DNA from: a virus | Taxonomy: Duplodnaviria > Caudoviricetes | DNA: 64,000 nt | Direction: 5' to 3' (one strand) | IMG/VR virus record: IMGVR_UViG_3300047160_000446 | Coordinates: 3,037 to 67,036 of that record | Shown here: one piece after another, positions 1 through 10,215 of the stretch | How the letters are laid out: each line of letters begins with the position of its first letter | How positions within the stretch are numbered: position 1 is the stretch's first letter | Notes under the pieces: generated by a model | Seen by the model: only the letters and a program-made list of their open reading frames with translations | Database searches by the model: none | What the model was told of the DNA's origin: nothing | Position numbers and translations under genes: made by a program

Positions 1-1
1 T

Positions 2-2476
2 GAAGATATGCTAAAGGCAGATGGCGTAATCCGTTTTGCTGGACAAGGTTTGATCAATTCGATGCCTGATTGCTATGATTATATTGATATCAATCCGCAT
101 TCTCTTTACGCGGCGCATACGTCTTATGAGCGGGCGAAATGGACGGGAAAACCGATTGTAATTACATCGGATAACGTCATGCCGCGAGCGTCGGATTTGC
201 GCTATGCGACGGCCTGGAAGACCCGCGATCAAGTAACCCCGATGCACATTCTGAATATTGATGAAATTCACGATGCGTTCGGATGGATGGACGGATCGGC
301 TTTCAACAAGGCAATCCAAAACACTTTTGATGTTGCCGAAAAGTTGCAAGGTGTTCAGCTGCAAAAAGCCCCAATGATCCATCTTGACGGCGATCTTGTT
401 GCGCTGTGTCGTTATGGCCAGAAGCGCCGCGTCGATTATGGATTTATCAAAGAATGGACGCCGGCTTATGAAGAGCGTTTGATTCATGAAATCAAGGTGA
501 TCCAAGACAAGGGGTTTGATTCCTACTTCCTTGTCGTTTCGGATTTGGTGCGAAAAGCGAAAGAGACAATGCTTGTAGGACCGGCGCGCGGCTCTTCGGC
601 TGGATCGCTAGTTTGCTATCTGTTGGAAATAACGGAGGTTGACCCGGTACAGCATGATTTGCTGTTCTTCCGATTTCTTGATCCGACGCGAACCGATATG
701 CCGGATATCGACATCGACTTTCCGGATAGTGGGCGCGATAAAGTTTTTGAATACCTGTCGGAACGATATAACAAGTCGAACGTTGCAAAAGTCGGCAACA
801 TTAACACGCTTGCGCCGGCCTCTACCATCAAAGAAGTAATTAAGAAATTCAATATCCCCGAAAATGATTGCTTCGGCTTTAAAAACGCTGTGTTTGATTA
901 TGCGTCTGGCGATGATCGCTTTCATCATGCCTTGGAAGACACTTTCGAGAAGACTGATTCGGGCAAAACCTTCGCAAAGAAGTATCCGGGCGCGGCTAAT
1001 TGCATGGGTGTTATTGAGGGCCATCCTTCGCATTATGGCGTTCATGCTGGCGGCTTCCTTGTTTGTAATGATAAAATCAGCGATTATGCTACTGTAAATA
1101 GCGAGCAGGTCGCGCAGATTGACAAGCATGATGCGGAAGATTTGAATCTTCTGAAGATCGACGCACTTGGACTGCGGACGCTTGGCATTATCGAAGACTG
1201 CGCTGCGATGTCTGCGGAAGAGCTTTATCGTTTGCCTCTGAATGATCAACGCGTCTTCGACATCATCAACGACGATAAAATGTCGGCTCTTTTCCAGTTC
1301 GAAGGCGCGGCGGTTCGTCAGCTGTCCAATCAAGTGCATGTTGATAGCTTCCATTATTTGGATGCGTTGTCCGCTCTAGGCCGTCCAGGCCCGCTTTCTT
1401 CTGGTATGGCGCAAGTTTACATCGACCGATCCAACGGCAAAAAGGTCGAGTATGCTTTCCCCGAACTTGAACCGCACTTGAAAAACACCTATGGCGTTAT
1501 CGTGTTCCAAGAACAGATTATGTCCATCGTGCGGGACATCGGAGGGATGGATTGGGATAAGGTGACGGAGATTCGCCGCGCAATGGGCAAGAGTAAAGGC
1601 GCAGAATACCTCCAGCAGTTTAAAGACGCATTCGTTGCTGGCGCAACATCGAAAGGGATTGACCGTGAAAAGGCAGGCAAATGCTGGGATGATATGGCCG
1701 AGTTCGGGGCTTATGGCTTTAACAGGTCGCACTCTGTTAGTTACGGAGTGGTTACCTACTGGACCGCATATCTTAAAGCCTATCATCGTTTGGAATTCGC
1801 CGCTGCGTGTCTTCGGGCTGCTAAAGATGATGAACAAACAATCGCCCTTTTACGTGAATTGGCAGCTGAAGGAATATCTTATATCCCGTTTGACTTCCGA
1901 CTTTCAGAATCTGATTGGAGCGTCAAAGATAACAAACTCGTCGGAGGGATTAAGAATGTTTCAGGATACGGTCCAGCGAAGGCTTTGCAATTTGTTCAAA
2001 AACGAGAGAATGGAACTCTAGAAGAAAAGGATATTGAACGAATTTCGAATGCTGAATTGAAGTTTGCCGATCTTCAAGAGGGATACAGCAAGTTCAAGGA
2101 GTTTTACGATAGCCCGCGCAAAGCTGGTGTTTATACTGGTGAAAAAATTTTGATGATGGCAAATGTAGCGGATCGAGAGGAAGCGGTTTTCATCGGCAAG
2201 CTTGTAAAGAAACAGCTGATGGATGAAAACAGCCCGGATCGCGTCAAACGCCGCGCGGGGAAATTGATGAAAGGCGATACTGCATTCGTTGATCTTCACA
2301 TGATTGATGATTCGCTGAACACGCCTATGACTTGCCGAATCCGTCCGGAAAATTACGCGAAATTTGGACGCGATATTGCGGAAAATCACCCGACAAAAGG
2401 ATGGTATCTGATTCGCGGCTGGAAGATTCAAAACTTCGCAATGTTCATCGTCAAAAACATTAAATTGATTGGATAA
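2..2476 (+). CDS. dnaE: DNA polymerase III alpha subunit (DnaE-type, family C), 5'-truncated by window edge
   Basis: Motifs GPARGSSAGSLV, PDIDIDF, HAGG, LLKIDALGLRTL, GYGFNRSHS; frame already open at position 2 (GAA GAT ATG), so the true start is upstream. Confidence 0.95.
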   Translation, partial: EDMLKADGVIRFAGQGLINSMPDCYDYIDINPHSLYAAHTSYERAKWTGKPIVITSDNVMPRASDLRYATAWKTRDQVTPMHILNIDEIHDAFGWMDGSAFNKAIQNTFDVAEKLQGVQLQKAPMIHLDGDLVALCRYGQKRRVDYGFIKEWTPAYEERLIHEIKVIQDKGFDSYFLVVSDLVRKAKETMLVGPARGSSAGSLVCYLLEITEVDPVQHDLLFFRFLDPTRTDMPDIDIDFPDSGRDKVFEYLSERYNKSNVAKVGNINTLAPASTIKEVIKKFNIPENDCFGFKNAVFDYASGDDRFHHALEDTFEKTDSGKTFAKKYPGAANCMGVIEGHPSHYGVHAGGFLVCNDKISDYATVNSEQVAQIDKHDAEDLNLLKIDALGLRTLGIIEDCAAMSAEELYRLPLNDQRVFDIINDDKMSALFQFEGAAVRQLSNQVHVDSFHYLDALSALGRPGPLSSGMAQVYIDRSNGKKVEYAFPELEPHLKNTYGVIVFQEQIMSIVRDIGGMDWDKVTEIRRAMGKSKGAEYLQQFKDAFVAGATSKGIDREKAGKCWDDMAEFGAYGFNRSHSVSYGVVTYWTAYLKAYHRLEFAAACLRAAKDDEQTIALLRELAAEGISYIPFDFRLSESDWSVKDNKLVGGIKNVSGYGPAKALQFVQKRENGTLEEKDIERISNAELKFADLQEGYSKFKEFYDSPRKAGVYTGEKILMMANVADREEAVFIGKLVKKQLMDENSPDRVKRRAGKLMKGDTAFVDLHMIDDSLNTPMTCRIRPENYAKFGRDIAENHPTKGWYLIRGWKIQNFAMFIVKNIKLIG

Positions 2477-2480
2477 GTAA

Positions 2481-2924
2481 ATGGCAGCCAGAAAGCCCGA
2501 ACAGCTAACATACGATTCTTTGAAGAATGCCAATAAGCTAGGCGCTCTCAAAATCAGACGGTTAGAAAACGCCGTTAGTGATGGCGATCCGGATACATAC
2601 GGGATCAACAAGAAAGGCGTGATGTTTTGGCTTGAATTGAAGTCCCTGAAAGAATGGCCGAAACGCGCATCGACTTGTCCGCTTAAAGGTAAGTTACAAC
2701 CGACTCAATATCCTTGGCATGTGGAATGGCGACGTTTTAACGGATGGTCTTTCTGGCTGTTTGATGTAAAAGAAACTGGTGAAGTGTTCATTATCCCTCA
2801 TGAGAAATTTGAAGACATAAGGGATATGACTCAAGAAGAAATAAGAAACAAAAACAAGGCCGAAGATTTAACAATGGCCAGCGTTGTAGACTACCTTGTC
2901 AACTTGGAGCATCGGGCTATATGA
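2481..2924 (+). CDS. VRR-NUC / PD-(D/E)xK nuclease-like protein (resolvase-like)
   Basis: G.PD...FWLELK...Q..W pattern; lies between polymerase and SNF2 helicase. Confidence 0.65.
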   Translation: MAARKPEQLTYDSLKNANKLGALKIRRLENAVSDGDPDTYGINKKGVMFWLELKSLKEWPKRASTCPLKGKLQPTQYPWHVEWRRFNGWSFWLFDVKETGEVFIIPHEKFEDIRDMTQEEIRNKNKAEDLTMASVVDYLVNLEHRAI

Positions 2925-4375
2925 AAACTGTTGGAATGCCGCACCAACAAACCGGACTTGTTAGAATGGACGGCAAGAGAAATTTTGCTTTGTTCATGGA
3001 ACAGGGGACAGGCAAAACTTGGGTTGGACTGGCTGACGCAGAACGCTATTATCTTCGCGGCAAGATTAACGCTTTGTTCGTGGTAGCGCCCAAAGGCGTT
3101 CATACAAATTGGGTTCGGCGAGAGATTCCAAAACACTTGGAAGTTCCCCATGTGTGTTATGCATGGTCAGCAAAAAAGACTAAAAAAGAACAGGTTTTGC
3201 GAAACGCGATATATCGCCGATATGCCGAAGACGACATTACGCCTTTGCGCGTTCTAGCAATGAATTACGATGCGTTCAATTCAAAGGAAGGATTTGAATT
3301 CGCGCGCAAGTTCGTTGAAACCTTCGATGTTATGATGGACTTGGACGAATCCAGCCGGATCAAAAATTCGAAATCCAAGCGAACGGGAAAAGTGATCATT
3401 ATCGGGCGTCAAGCCGTGGCGCGTCGTATTTTGTCCGGAACGCCTATGACTAACTTTCCTCCAGACTTGTTTAGTCAATTCGACTTTCTCAAGCCTGGAT
3501 TACTTGGCACAACTTCTTTCCGCGCGTATATGGCGCAATACTCCGTTCTTGTGGAGGAAGACAGTTATCTCATGAAAAAGATAATGGAGCGCCAGACAGG
3601 AAAAACCGTCCCGCAAATCGTTGCGCGCGATGAATTCGGACAAATGCAGTGGCGCAATCTGGACAAGCTAAAAGAAATGCTTGCGCCGCATGTCTATCGC
3701 GTTAAAAAGGAGGATGTCCTTGATTTGCCGCCAAAGGTTTACAGGACGATTTATTTTGAATTGACGGCAGAACAACGACGTGTATATGATCGATTGGCAG
3801 AAGAGTTCGTTCTCGAAGTCAACGAGGAAGAAATGGGCTTCCAGAAGATCGCGACTCTGACGAAGTTACAGCAGATTACTAGCGGTTACGTCAACGTCGA
3901 AACGCAACCGGTTCTTATCGATCCGGAAAACAATCCAAGAATGGAAGCTCTTCTTGAGTTGATGGAAGATGTCCAGGGCCAAATTATTATTTGGGCAAAG
4001 TTCAAGGAAGAGTTGCGACAGATTGAAGAGGTGTTAAAGGAGAGAGGATATAACTGTCGCTCCTACACTGGCGACACTCCTACCGAACAAAGAGAAAAGA
4101 ACGTTGATGATTTTCAGGCTGGTTTGTTTGACGTGTTCATCGGGAACGCACAAGCTGCGGGAATTGGGTTGACTCTGACAGCAGCAGAAACAGCTATATT
4201 CTACAGCGTCAACTATGACGCGGAATTGAGATGGCAAGCGGAAGACCGTTGCCATCGGATCGGAACAAAAGGAACGGTTACTTATTGGGATTTGTGCGGC
4301 GTTGATACGGTTGACGAAAAAATCGCGGCAAATCTTACATCTAAAGCAGATGTCGCCGCCTATGTGTTGGATTAG
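2921..4375 (+). CDS. SNF2-family (SF2) helicase
   Basis: EQGTGKT, LDESSRIKN, LSGTP, QAAGIGLTLTAA, QAEDRCHRIG motifs. Confidence 0.93.
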   Translation: MKTVGMPHQQTGLVRMDGKRNFALFMEQGTGKTWVGLADAERYYLRGKINALFVVAPKGVHTNWVRREIPKHLEVPHVCYAWSAKKTKKEQVLRNAIYRRYAEDDITPLRVLAMNYDAFNSKEGFEFARKFVETFDVMMDLDESSRIKNSKSKRTGKVIIIGRQAVARRILSGTPMTNFPPDLFSQFDFLKPGLLGTTSFRAYMAQYSVLVEEDSYLMKKIMERQTGKTVPQIVARDEFGQMQWRNLDKLKEMLAPHVYRVKKEDVLDLPPKVYRTIYFELTAEQRRVYDRLAEEFVLEVNEEEMGFQKIATLTKLQQITSGYVNVETQPVLIDPENNPRMEALLELMEDVQGQIIIWAKFKEELRQIEEVLKERGYNCRSYTGDTPTEQREKNVDDFQAGLFDVFIGNAQAAGIGLTLTAAETAIFYSVNYDAELRWQAEDRCHRIGTKGTVTYWDLCGVDTVDEKIAANLTSKADVAAYVLD

Positions 4376-4378
4376 TGC

Positions 4379-4410
4379 TTGACACGGAGTTCAGTTCTAT
4401 GAGATTATAC
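4379..4410 (+). promoter_or_regulatory. possible sigma70 promoter
   Basis: TTGACA at 4379-4384 in the gap after the helicase; -10 box ambiguous. Confidence 0.4.
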
Positions 4411-4451
4411 GTTTCATAGAACTGAACCAGAACTAACAAGAAAGGCAAGAA

Positions 4452-4793
4452 ATGGAAACCGAACAAAGAGTCTTTATTCCTCAAGTTCCTACGCGCTATG
4501 ATTCCGCGTCTGGGCGTCGCATTCCGGCTGTAGATTTGAGCGCCGCCGCGATGTTCGGAGGGCTGGAAACTGTCCTTGACGCAGAAGATAATCCGCTTCT
4601 GATTCGTCAGCTTACCCCCAAAATTCGCAAGCGTCTGGAAGAGTTCCGCCAGCATGATTATTTCGTTGCTCTTGGCGATCCTTCTGTTATCGCTTTGTGC
4701 GCCGGAATCCTGTTTCGACGTTTTGACAAGATTCAAATGTTGAAATGGGACAACATCCAGAAGCATTACATGCAAATCGACTTGAGGGCTTAA
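4452..4793 (+). CDS. hypothetical protein of the replication cluster
   Basis: 113-aa ORF preceded by AAGAAAGG ribosome-binding site. Confidence 0.8.
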   Translation: METEQRVFIPQVPTRYDSASGRRIPAVDLSAAAMFGGLETVLDAEDNPLLIRQLTPKIRKRLEEFRQHDYFVALGDPSVIALCAGILFRRFDKIQMLKWDNIQKHYMQIDLRA

Positions 4794-4795
4794 AC

Positions 4796-5419
4796 ATGTC
4801 GGGATTCGATCCGTTCGCGGAAAAGCAAGAAACAGCGTTGCAGGGAATGGCAGCATTCGATTACTTCGAAGGCGAAGGCGATAAAAAGCCTGAAGGCGTG
4901 TCTCTTGAGCGTCTTGTCAATATGACAGAACTAATGCTGTCAATTGAAGAGAGAATTGTCGATTTGACTGATGAAATGGCGGCGGAAAGTTTGCGCATGA
5001 AAAAGCTGCGCGATGAGCTAATTCCAAGCGCCATGAAAGAACTTGGTCTTGAATTCTTTGGTTTGGATGATGGTTCGCGAGTTGACATTAAGAAGTCGGT
5101 CCAAGCGAACATTTCCGAAGCAAACAAAACCAAGGCTTATGCATGGTTGGAAGCAAACGATTTCGGCGGATTGATCAAGAACAAGCTTTCGTCGGAATTT
5201 GGCAACGGCGAAAACGAAGATGCAGTAAAAGCCAAAAAATTATTGACCGATGCCGGATTTTTCGCTACACTAGATAAATCGGTTCACGCGGCAACCTTGA
5301 AGAGCTTCGTTAAAGAACAGCTTGAAAAGGGAACCAAAATCCCGGTAGACTTGTTCGGCGTGTTTGAAGTTGAGCAAGCAAAAGTCACCAAACCCAAAGC
5401 AAAGAAAGGCAAGAAATAA
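4796..5419 (+). CDS. replication-cluster protein (start reassigned to ATG 4796)
   Basis: GAGGG upstream of MSGFDPFAE; coiled coil then VHAATLKSFVKEQLEKG segment. Confidence 0.75.
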   Translation: MSGFDPFAEKQETALQGMAAFDYFEGEGDKKPEGVSLERLVNMTELMLSIEERIVDLTDEMAAESLRMKKLRDELIPSAMKELGLEFFGLDDGSRVDIKKSVQANISEANKTKAYAWLEANDFGGLIKNKLSSEFGNGENEDAVKAKKLLTDAGFFATLDKSVHAATLKSFVKEQLEKGTKIPVDLFGVFEVEQAKVTKPKAKKGKK

Positions 5420-5421
5420 TC

Positions 5422-6285
5422 ATGGCTAAAAAAGAAACTGAAGTTCAAGTTGCTCAAAACACTGGCGTTCAAGTCGCTCAAGACTGGATGCAGGATTTCA
5501 TGGGCATGGGCATGGAAGGCGCGGACAAAGATTCCTTTGCCATTCCTTTCTTGATGGTTTTGCAAAAGATGTCGCCGCTGGTTGACGAAGACAACGGTAA
5601 GTACGTTGATGGCGCGAAAGCCGGCATGTTCTACAACACTGTTACCGGCGAATTGTACGATGGTAAAGCTGGCCTGGACGTGATTCCTTGCGCATATCGC
5701 CGCACTTACATTCAGTGGGGCGGACGCGAAGGCGACGGAGGCTTTAAGGGAGAGTTCACTCCGGAAGCAATCGAAGACATGCGCGCCAAAGGTGAAATCG
5801 TTGAACATGAAGGCAAGCTTTATAAGCCGAACGCCGATGGCACGATCAACGAGAAGAAAAACGACTATTTCGCTGATACTCGGACGCATTATGTTCTGAC
5901 ATACAATGCGGAAACCGGCGCGATTTCGCAAGCAATTCTGCCGCTGGCATCTTCGCAAATCAAGAAGTCCAAAATGCTGATGACGCTTCTTTCCGGCAAG
6001 AAGATCACCATGCCGGGAACTGGTGAAAAGCGCACGCCGCCGACTTTCGCGAACATCGTCCGCTTGACCACTGTCGCAGAATCGAATGATCAGGGCAATT
6101 GGAGCGGCGTTAAGTTCGAACTGAATGGCATGGTTCAGGATCGCGAACTTTTCAACGAAGCGAAGGCGTTCCATGAGGCGATTAACGCCGGCTCTGTCAA
6201 GGTGGACTTCTCTCGATCCGATGTGAACGGTTCTAGCAGCGAAAAAGAAGTGAGCAGCGAGCCGGTTGAAGGTGAAGGCTTCTAA
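5422..6285 (+). CDS. putative ssDNA-binding/annealing protein
   Basis: 287 aa, IPFLMVLQKMSP motif, acidic tail ending EGEGF, replication-module position. Confidence 0.5.
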   Translation: MAKKETEVQVAQNTGVQVAQDWMQDFMGMGMEGADKDSFAIPFLMVLQKMSPLVDEDNGKYVDGAKAGMFYNTVTGELYDGKAGLDVIPCAYRRTYIQWGGREGDGGFKGEFTPEAIEDMRAKGEIVEHEGKLYKPNADGTINEKKNDYFADTRTHYVLTYNAETGAISQAILPLASSQIKKSKMLMTLLSGKKITMPGTGEKRTPPTFANIVRLTTVAESNDQGNWSGVKFELNGMVQDRELFNEAKAFHEAINAGSVKVDFSRSDVNGSSSEKEVSSEPVEGEGF

Positions 6286-6298
6286 GAAGTAAGTGGGC

Positions 6299-6341
6299 GG
6301 GATAGTGGACATCGTTGGCGCTTTGTTTGCTATCCCTTTTT
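6299..6341 (+). terminator. probable intrinsic terminator
   Basis: GGGATAG...CTATCCC stem followed by T run. Confidence 0.5.
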
Positions 6342-6366
6342 CTTTGTCTAAATTGGAGTATGATAA

Positions 6367-6675
6367 ATGGAAGTGAATTTGAACGGCAAATCGACCATCC
6401 ATCAAGCTGGAAACGTGGCCAGTATCGAAATGGAAGCGGTCCCGGAGAGCAAGAAAAACATTGCCGAAATCATCTTTTGGCTTAGCGCGGAGCTTCGCGA
6501 GATTGATCAATGCCCCTTGAACCTGAGGAAAGACTACAAGTTGAATCTTGTTCAGACGCTTCAGAAAAACACCGGAATTGATTTGAGCTTGTACGAACAA
6601 AAATATTTGTCCAAAGAAACCGTTCCGCAAATCGATGAAGAAAAACAGTTGACCAGCGGTCAACAAAAGCAATAA
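6367..6675 (+). CDS. hypothetical protein
   Basis: 102-aa ORF, GGAG upstream. Confidence 0.7.
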   Translation: MEVNLNGKSTIHQAGNVASIEMEAVPESKKNIAEIIFWLSAELREIDQCPLNLRKDYKLNLVQTLQKNTGIDLSLYEQKYLSKETVPQIDEEKQLTSGQQKQ

Positions 6676-6725
6676 ACTAATTTCGCTGACTAAACAGCAA
6701 AAACCAACGAAACAAGGAAATCAAA

Positions 6726-7235
6726 ATGAACGTTCATCAAACTGCCGCAGCAATCTGCGAAGTCGCAAAAGCAGCTGTCGAAATCGATAGCCATCGAGAA
6801 ATCAGCATTGAATCCCGAGCAAGCCTGATTCAAGTCATGATTTCCGAAGTTGAAATCAACACCAATATCAAGCTTGGCCAGCTTTATGAAATGTTCAATC
6901 TGGAAGAACAGAAAGAAGACGTTCCGAACTCTCCGAACGTAGTCGTTCGCTCTTTCATCATCGGAGGCCAGACCCCGGAAGAAGGCGCAGACGAACCGAA
7001 GAGCGGCGAAGAGGATTGCCAATGTCCGTCATGCCAATTCCGTCGAACCTTGGCGAAATATTTTGACAAGGTTGCAGAAGCGGAGAGGGAAGCCGAACAA
7101 AAAGGCGCAGACATTCCGAAGACTGCCGAAGATGTGGCCGCGTTTATGCAAAAAGCAAGCGCTGAAGTTTCCGAAGCTGCGCGCGAAGTTGCCGAATACA
7201 CGGCTGAACAACAGCGCGGCGGAGACCCGGAATAA
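6726..7235 (+). CDS. hypothetical acidic protein with CxCxxC motif
   Basis: 169-aa ORF, AAGGA upstream, DCQCPSC. Confidence 0.75.
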   Translation: MNVHQTAAAICEVAKAAVEIDSHREISIESRASLIQVMISEVEINTNIKLGQLYEMFNLEEQKEDVPNSPNVVVRSFIIGGQTPEEGADEPKSGEEDCQCPSCQFRRTLAKYFDKVAEAEREAEQKGADIPKTAEDVAAFMQKASAEVSEAAREVAEYTAEQQRGGDPE

Positions 7236-7401
7236 TGGACAAGATCGAAGATTACAAAAATCTTTGCGCGATGATGTATCAATTCGCGGCACAGTCCGGC
7301 GCAACCGCTGAACTTTTGGACATTCTTCAAGACGCTTCGGAAGGAAATCCGACTTCAGAAGAATTGAGAGCGGCTCACGAATACATCATCAGTTTGGAGG
7401 A

Positions 7402-7932
7402 ATGATGAGCAAACTTGAATTTCTCAACCTAATCCATCAATGGGGCGTTGACCGCAACATTATCGGAACCGGCGGCACGGTTCAAGGGCAGCTTTATAAG
7501 CTGTTCGAAGAGTTCGGCGAACTGTCCAAAGCCCTGGCCAAGAAGGACAAAGCAGGAATCGTTGACGGGATTGGAGACGTTGCAGTTGTTGCCGTGATGA
7601 TCGCCGGATTGCTTGGAACCGAAGTTCAAAAACTTGTTGACGATTCTCACTATTGGGAAAGGCTGGAACATACTCACAGCGAAATGTCATCTTCATTAGC
7701 GTGGATTTCTAGGGCGGCTCTGGAAGGCAATCCGGAAATCATCCGGTACTTTGAAAATCTTTTCGAAGAACTTTCCCAGCTTGCCAATCAGGAAGGCTTG
7801 ACCTTCGAAGCCTGCCTTGAAGCTGCATGGAACGAAATCAAGGACCGCAAGGGCATTATGTTTAACGGCGTCTTCGTGAAGGAATCTGACGAACGTTATC
7901 CGGAAATAATGGCCGAACTTGGCCGCTCCTAA
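7402..7932 (+). CDS. mazG: MazG-like nucleotide pyrophosphohydrolase
   Basis: KLFEEFGELSKA...DGIGDVAVV and CLEAAWNEIKDRKG motifs; GGAGG RBS. Confidence 0.85.
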   Translation: MMSKLEFLNLIHQWGVDRNIIGTGGTVQGQLYKLFEEFGELSKALAKKDKAGIVDGIGDVAVVAVMIAGLLGTEVQKLVDDSHYWERLEHTHSEMSSSLAWISRAALEGNPEIIRYFENLFEELSQLANQEGLTFEACLEAAWNEIKDRKGIMFNGVFVKESDERYPEIMAELGRS

Positions 7933-7947
7933 ATAAAGAAACAAATC

Positions 7948-7977
7948 GCACGCTCTAGATTCTAGGGCGTGCTTTTT
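7948..7977 (+). terminator. intrinsic terminator
   Basis: GCACGCTCTAG-ATT-CTAGGGCGTGC then TTTTT. Confidence 0.8.
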
Positions 7978-7991
7978 CAAGGGAAATAGAG

Positions 7992-8501
7992 ATGCGCAAA
8001 TCCACCAATCGCAAAGTATGGCGTAAAGAAGAGCCCGCCACCCTTCTTGTTCTTGCAGGAAAGCAACCATTAGATAAGAAAGGGGCTGATGATGCAATCT
8101 TTCCTCTACTGCTGCATGTCCAGATTGCAGCTGAAGAAGGTTTGTCAGATTATACGTCCACGCGATTAATCACGACATGGCTTGCAACAAGCCACGATAT
8201 CGCCGAACACTTTAATATTGATTGGTTGATGAAAGTCACGGAAGACGCCGCAGAATCTTGCATGGCAGAACAGTATGCCGCAGATGAAAAGCATGTAAAC
8301 ATGAGTTTTGGGACGATTGTTAAGCTTCGTAAAATGATCCAGGAACTTCTTGTCGTTTTGCCAAGCATTCAGGCCGAACTATTTGTTCGCTTTTATAAAG
8401 ACGCTCTTCACAAGTGGGATGATGCGATGATCGAAGGGAATAAGCTACGCGCTGAAGAAGATGCGAAAATTTCTGTTGACAGCGACGCGGACAATCCTTA
8501 G
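7992..8501 (+). CDS. hypothetical protein
   Basis: 169-aa ORF. Confidence 0.7.
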   Translation: MRKSTNRKVWRKEEPATLLVLAGKQPLDKKGADDAIFPLLLHVQIAAEEGLSDYTSTRLITTWLATSHDIAEHFNIDWLMKVTEDAAESCMAEQYAADEKHVNMSFGTIVKLRKMIQELLVVLPSIQAELFVRFYKDALHKWDDAMIEGNKLRAEEDAKISVDSDADNP

Positions 8502-8504
8502 AAT
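8476..8504 (+). promoter_or_regulatory. sigma70 promoter
   Basis: TTGACA-17 nt-TAGAAT. Confidence 0.8.
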
Positions 8505-8550
8505 GGATTTATCGTCAAACGACGCAAGAACGGAAAGAAAGGAAAGAACC

Positions 8551-8856
8551 ATGAAAGCCAAGACTCAAAATCTCATATCTGTTGCCGTAATTGCAGGCGT
8601 GTTTATCCTGAATTATTCTTTACCAGCAAAAGCAGAAAAAGCAATGAGCGAATTTGAGATTCGATCCGAATTGAGCCAAAGGATTTCCCAATGTCAGCAA
8701 TTAGACTTGGATATCGCTTGGTTCAAATCTGGATTGATTGGAGCATGGTCTAACCGAGATGTTATAAAGCAGGAAGAAGAAATCAAAAAGATTCTGCGTT
8801 GTGATTCGTTGAAACAAGATATCGAAGCCTTTAACCGAATCTATGCCAACAAATGA
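8551..8856 (+). CDS. small exported/membrane protein (start reassigned to 8551)
   Basis: AGAAAGGAAAGAACC-ATG; hydrophobic N-terminus ending PAKA. Confidence 0.7.
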   Translation: MKAKTQNLISVAVIAGVFILNYSLPAKAEKAMSEFEIRSELSQRISQCQQLDLDIAWFKSGLIGAWSNRDVIKQEEEIKKILRCDSLKQDIEAFNRIYANK

Positions 8857-9017
8857 TACGATCCCAATCAGCACTAGAAGATATTCGAGAGCGCCACGAA
8901 AAAGAGCTTTGCAAGGGCATTTCAAAGAAGACAAAGCCAAATAAGAAACTGTCAGAGGCGCGAAAAAGAAACGAGTCCATAAAGGAATTGTTAGATGCGT
9001 TACTTCCAATCGGATAA
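8853..9017 (+). CDS. small basic hypothetical protein (54 aa, below ORF-track cutoff)
   Basis: Read manually as MIRSQSALEDIRER...LLPIG; ATGA overlap with upstream gene. Confidence 0.55.
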   Translation: MIRSQSALEDIRERHEKELCKGISKKTKPNKKLSEARKRNESIKELLDALLPIG

Positions 9018-9438
9018 AATTCCGTTAGCAGTTTTCGTAATCGCCGCGCTTGGATTTTGCGCATCAATGTATCAAAGCATTGATTTCGAAAAGCGACCCA
9101 AGGAGACTAAGGCGGAAATTGTAGTCGAAGGGTCTTTTGTATCAGTTAATTCCATGTTGGTCCCGCAAGATTCGCCGGTTTCTCAAAGGGCTTACGTTTC
9201 TATCAATGAAAACAGAGTTGAAATCTCAACTGATATTTCTAAAATAGAAGGAGATTATGTGCTTATCACCTTTGACGATGCAAAACCGCGCTTGTTCAGA
9301 ATGAAGAAAGGGCAATGGTTGAACAATGCCAGCTTACAAAATTCACAAGCGTTCATTTCAAGATTTGCTAGCTCTAAAAGAGCGGAGATTGAAATGGCAA
9401 TTGATAACAAGCATCAAGTCTTCGAATTCACCAAGTAA
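8995..9438 (+). CDS. membrane-anchored hypothetical protein
   Basis: N-terminal TM segment IPLAVFVIAALGFCA. Confidence 0.65.
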   Translation: MRYFQSDKIPLAVFVIAALGFCASMYQSIDFEKRPKETKAEIVVEGSFVSVNSMLVPQDSPVSQRAYVSINENRVEISTDISKIEGDYVLITFDDAKPRLFRMKKGQWLNNASLQNSQAFISRFASSKRAEIEMAIDNKHQVFEFTK

Positions 9439-9527
9439 TTTTTCATCCCTTTTTCTCACTCCGAAGATTAAGAGGCGAAAAGTCCGAAAGATCATCGGAA
9501 AGAACAACATCGATAGGATAGAATTTC

Positions 9528-9752
9528 ATGCAGAATCAAACCGCGATCCCGACTAAGACTTTCACTGCGCATCACATTCTGAATTACAACAATCGCGGCG
9601 CGGGAACTATTCCTGTTGTTGAAGCCCGCGATCATCTGGCGCTGCGTTACTTCTGTGCGCGTTGTGATTTGATGATAGGGCGGTACAATACGCCACCAAA
9701 TAAGCGTTGGGCGTGCATCTGCGGTTGCAACAGTTTTCTAAGCTCCAAGTAA
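9528..9752 (+). CDS. small Zn-binding protein
   Basis: CARC ... CICGC. Confidence 0.55.
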   Translation: MQNQTAIPTKTFTAHHILNYNNRGAGTIPVVEARDHLALRYFCARCDLMIGRYNTPPNKRWACICGCNSFLSSK

Positions 9753-9800
9753 AATGAATGGACATGGCTTATTGTCATGGCCAATTGTTTAAGGCCGATC

Positions 9801-10214
9801 ATGATTATTAATGGAATCCTTGTAACTGGCCACGTAGATAAAGATGGCCAAGTTTATCTTACCGCAGTGAATCTTGACACTCGCGAAAGAAGAGCAGAAA
9901 CTCAAGCATGGATGAAGCGAGAACAAGCTAAAGAAAGGGCGGCGAATGGAACACTCAGACGTTCTGAAGGCGAGGGCGAAACGGAAGAAGTCCTATCTCA
10001 AGAAACAGCAGAAAGACGAAGAGATGGCTGCGAAGATCAAGCGCCAAATAAAAGACCAACAAAAGCGGCAAGAAAAAGATGGACAGTAGAGGATAAAATA
10101 GAAGTTGCAAAAAGAGCGCTTGAGTCGGATAATGGAACAGCTGCCGAAGAATTCGGGATTTCTAAGGCTCAAGTGGCAGTGTTTAAATCACAGTTTATAA
10201 ATGGAGGTTTTTGA
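9801..10214 (+). CDS. protein with C-terminal helix-turn-helix
   Basis: RWTVEDKIEVAKRAL...AAEEFGISKAQV resembles an HTH; start reassigned to 9801. Confidence 0.6.
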   Translation: MIINGILVTGHVDKDGQVYLTAVNLDTRERRAETQAWMKREQAKERAANGTLRRSEGEGETEEVLSQETAERRRDGCEDQAPNKRPTKAARKRWTVEDKIEVAKRALESDNGTAAEEFGISKAQVAVFKSQFINGGF

Positions 10215-10215
10215 A

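Noticed and set aside
5284-6672. 462-aa - strand ORF
   Set aside because: Antisense shadow of well-supported + strand replication genes.
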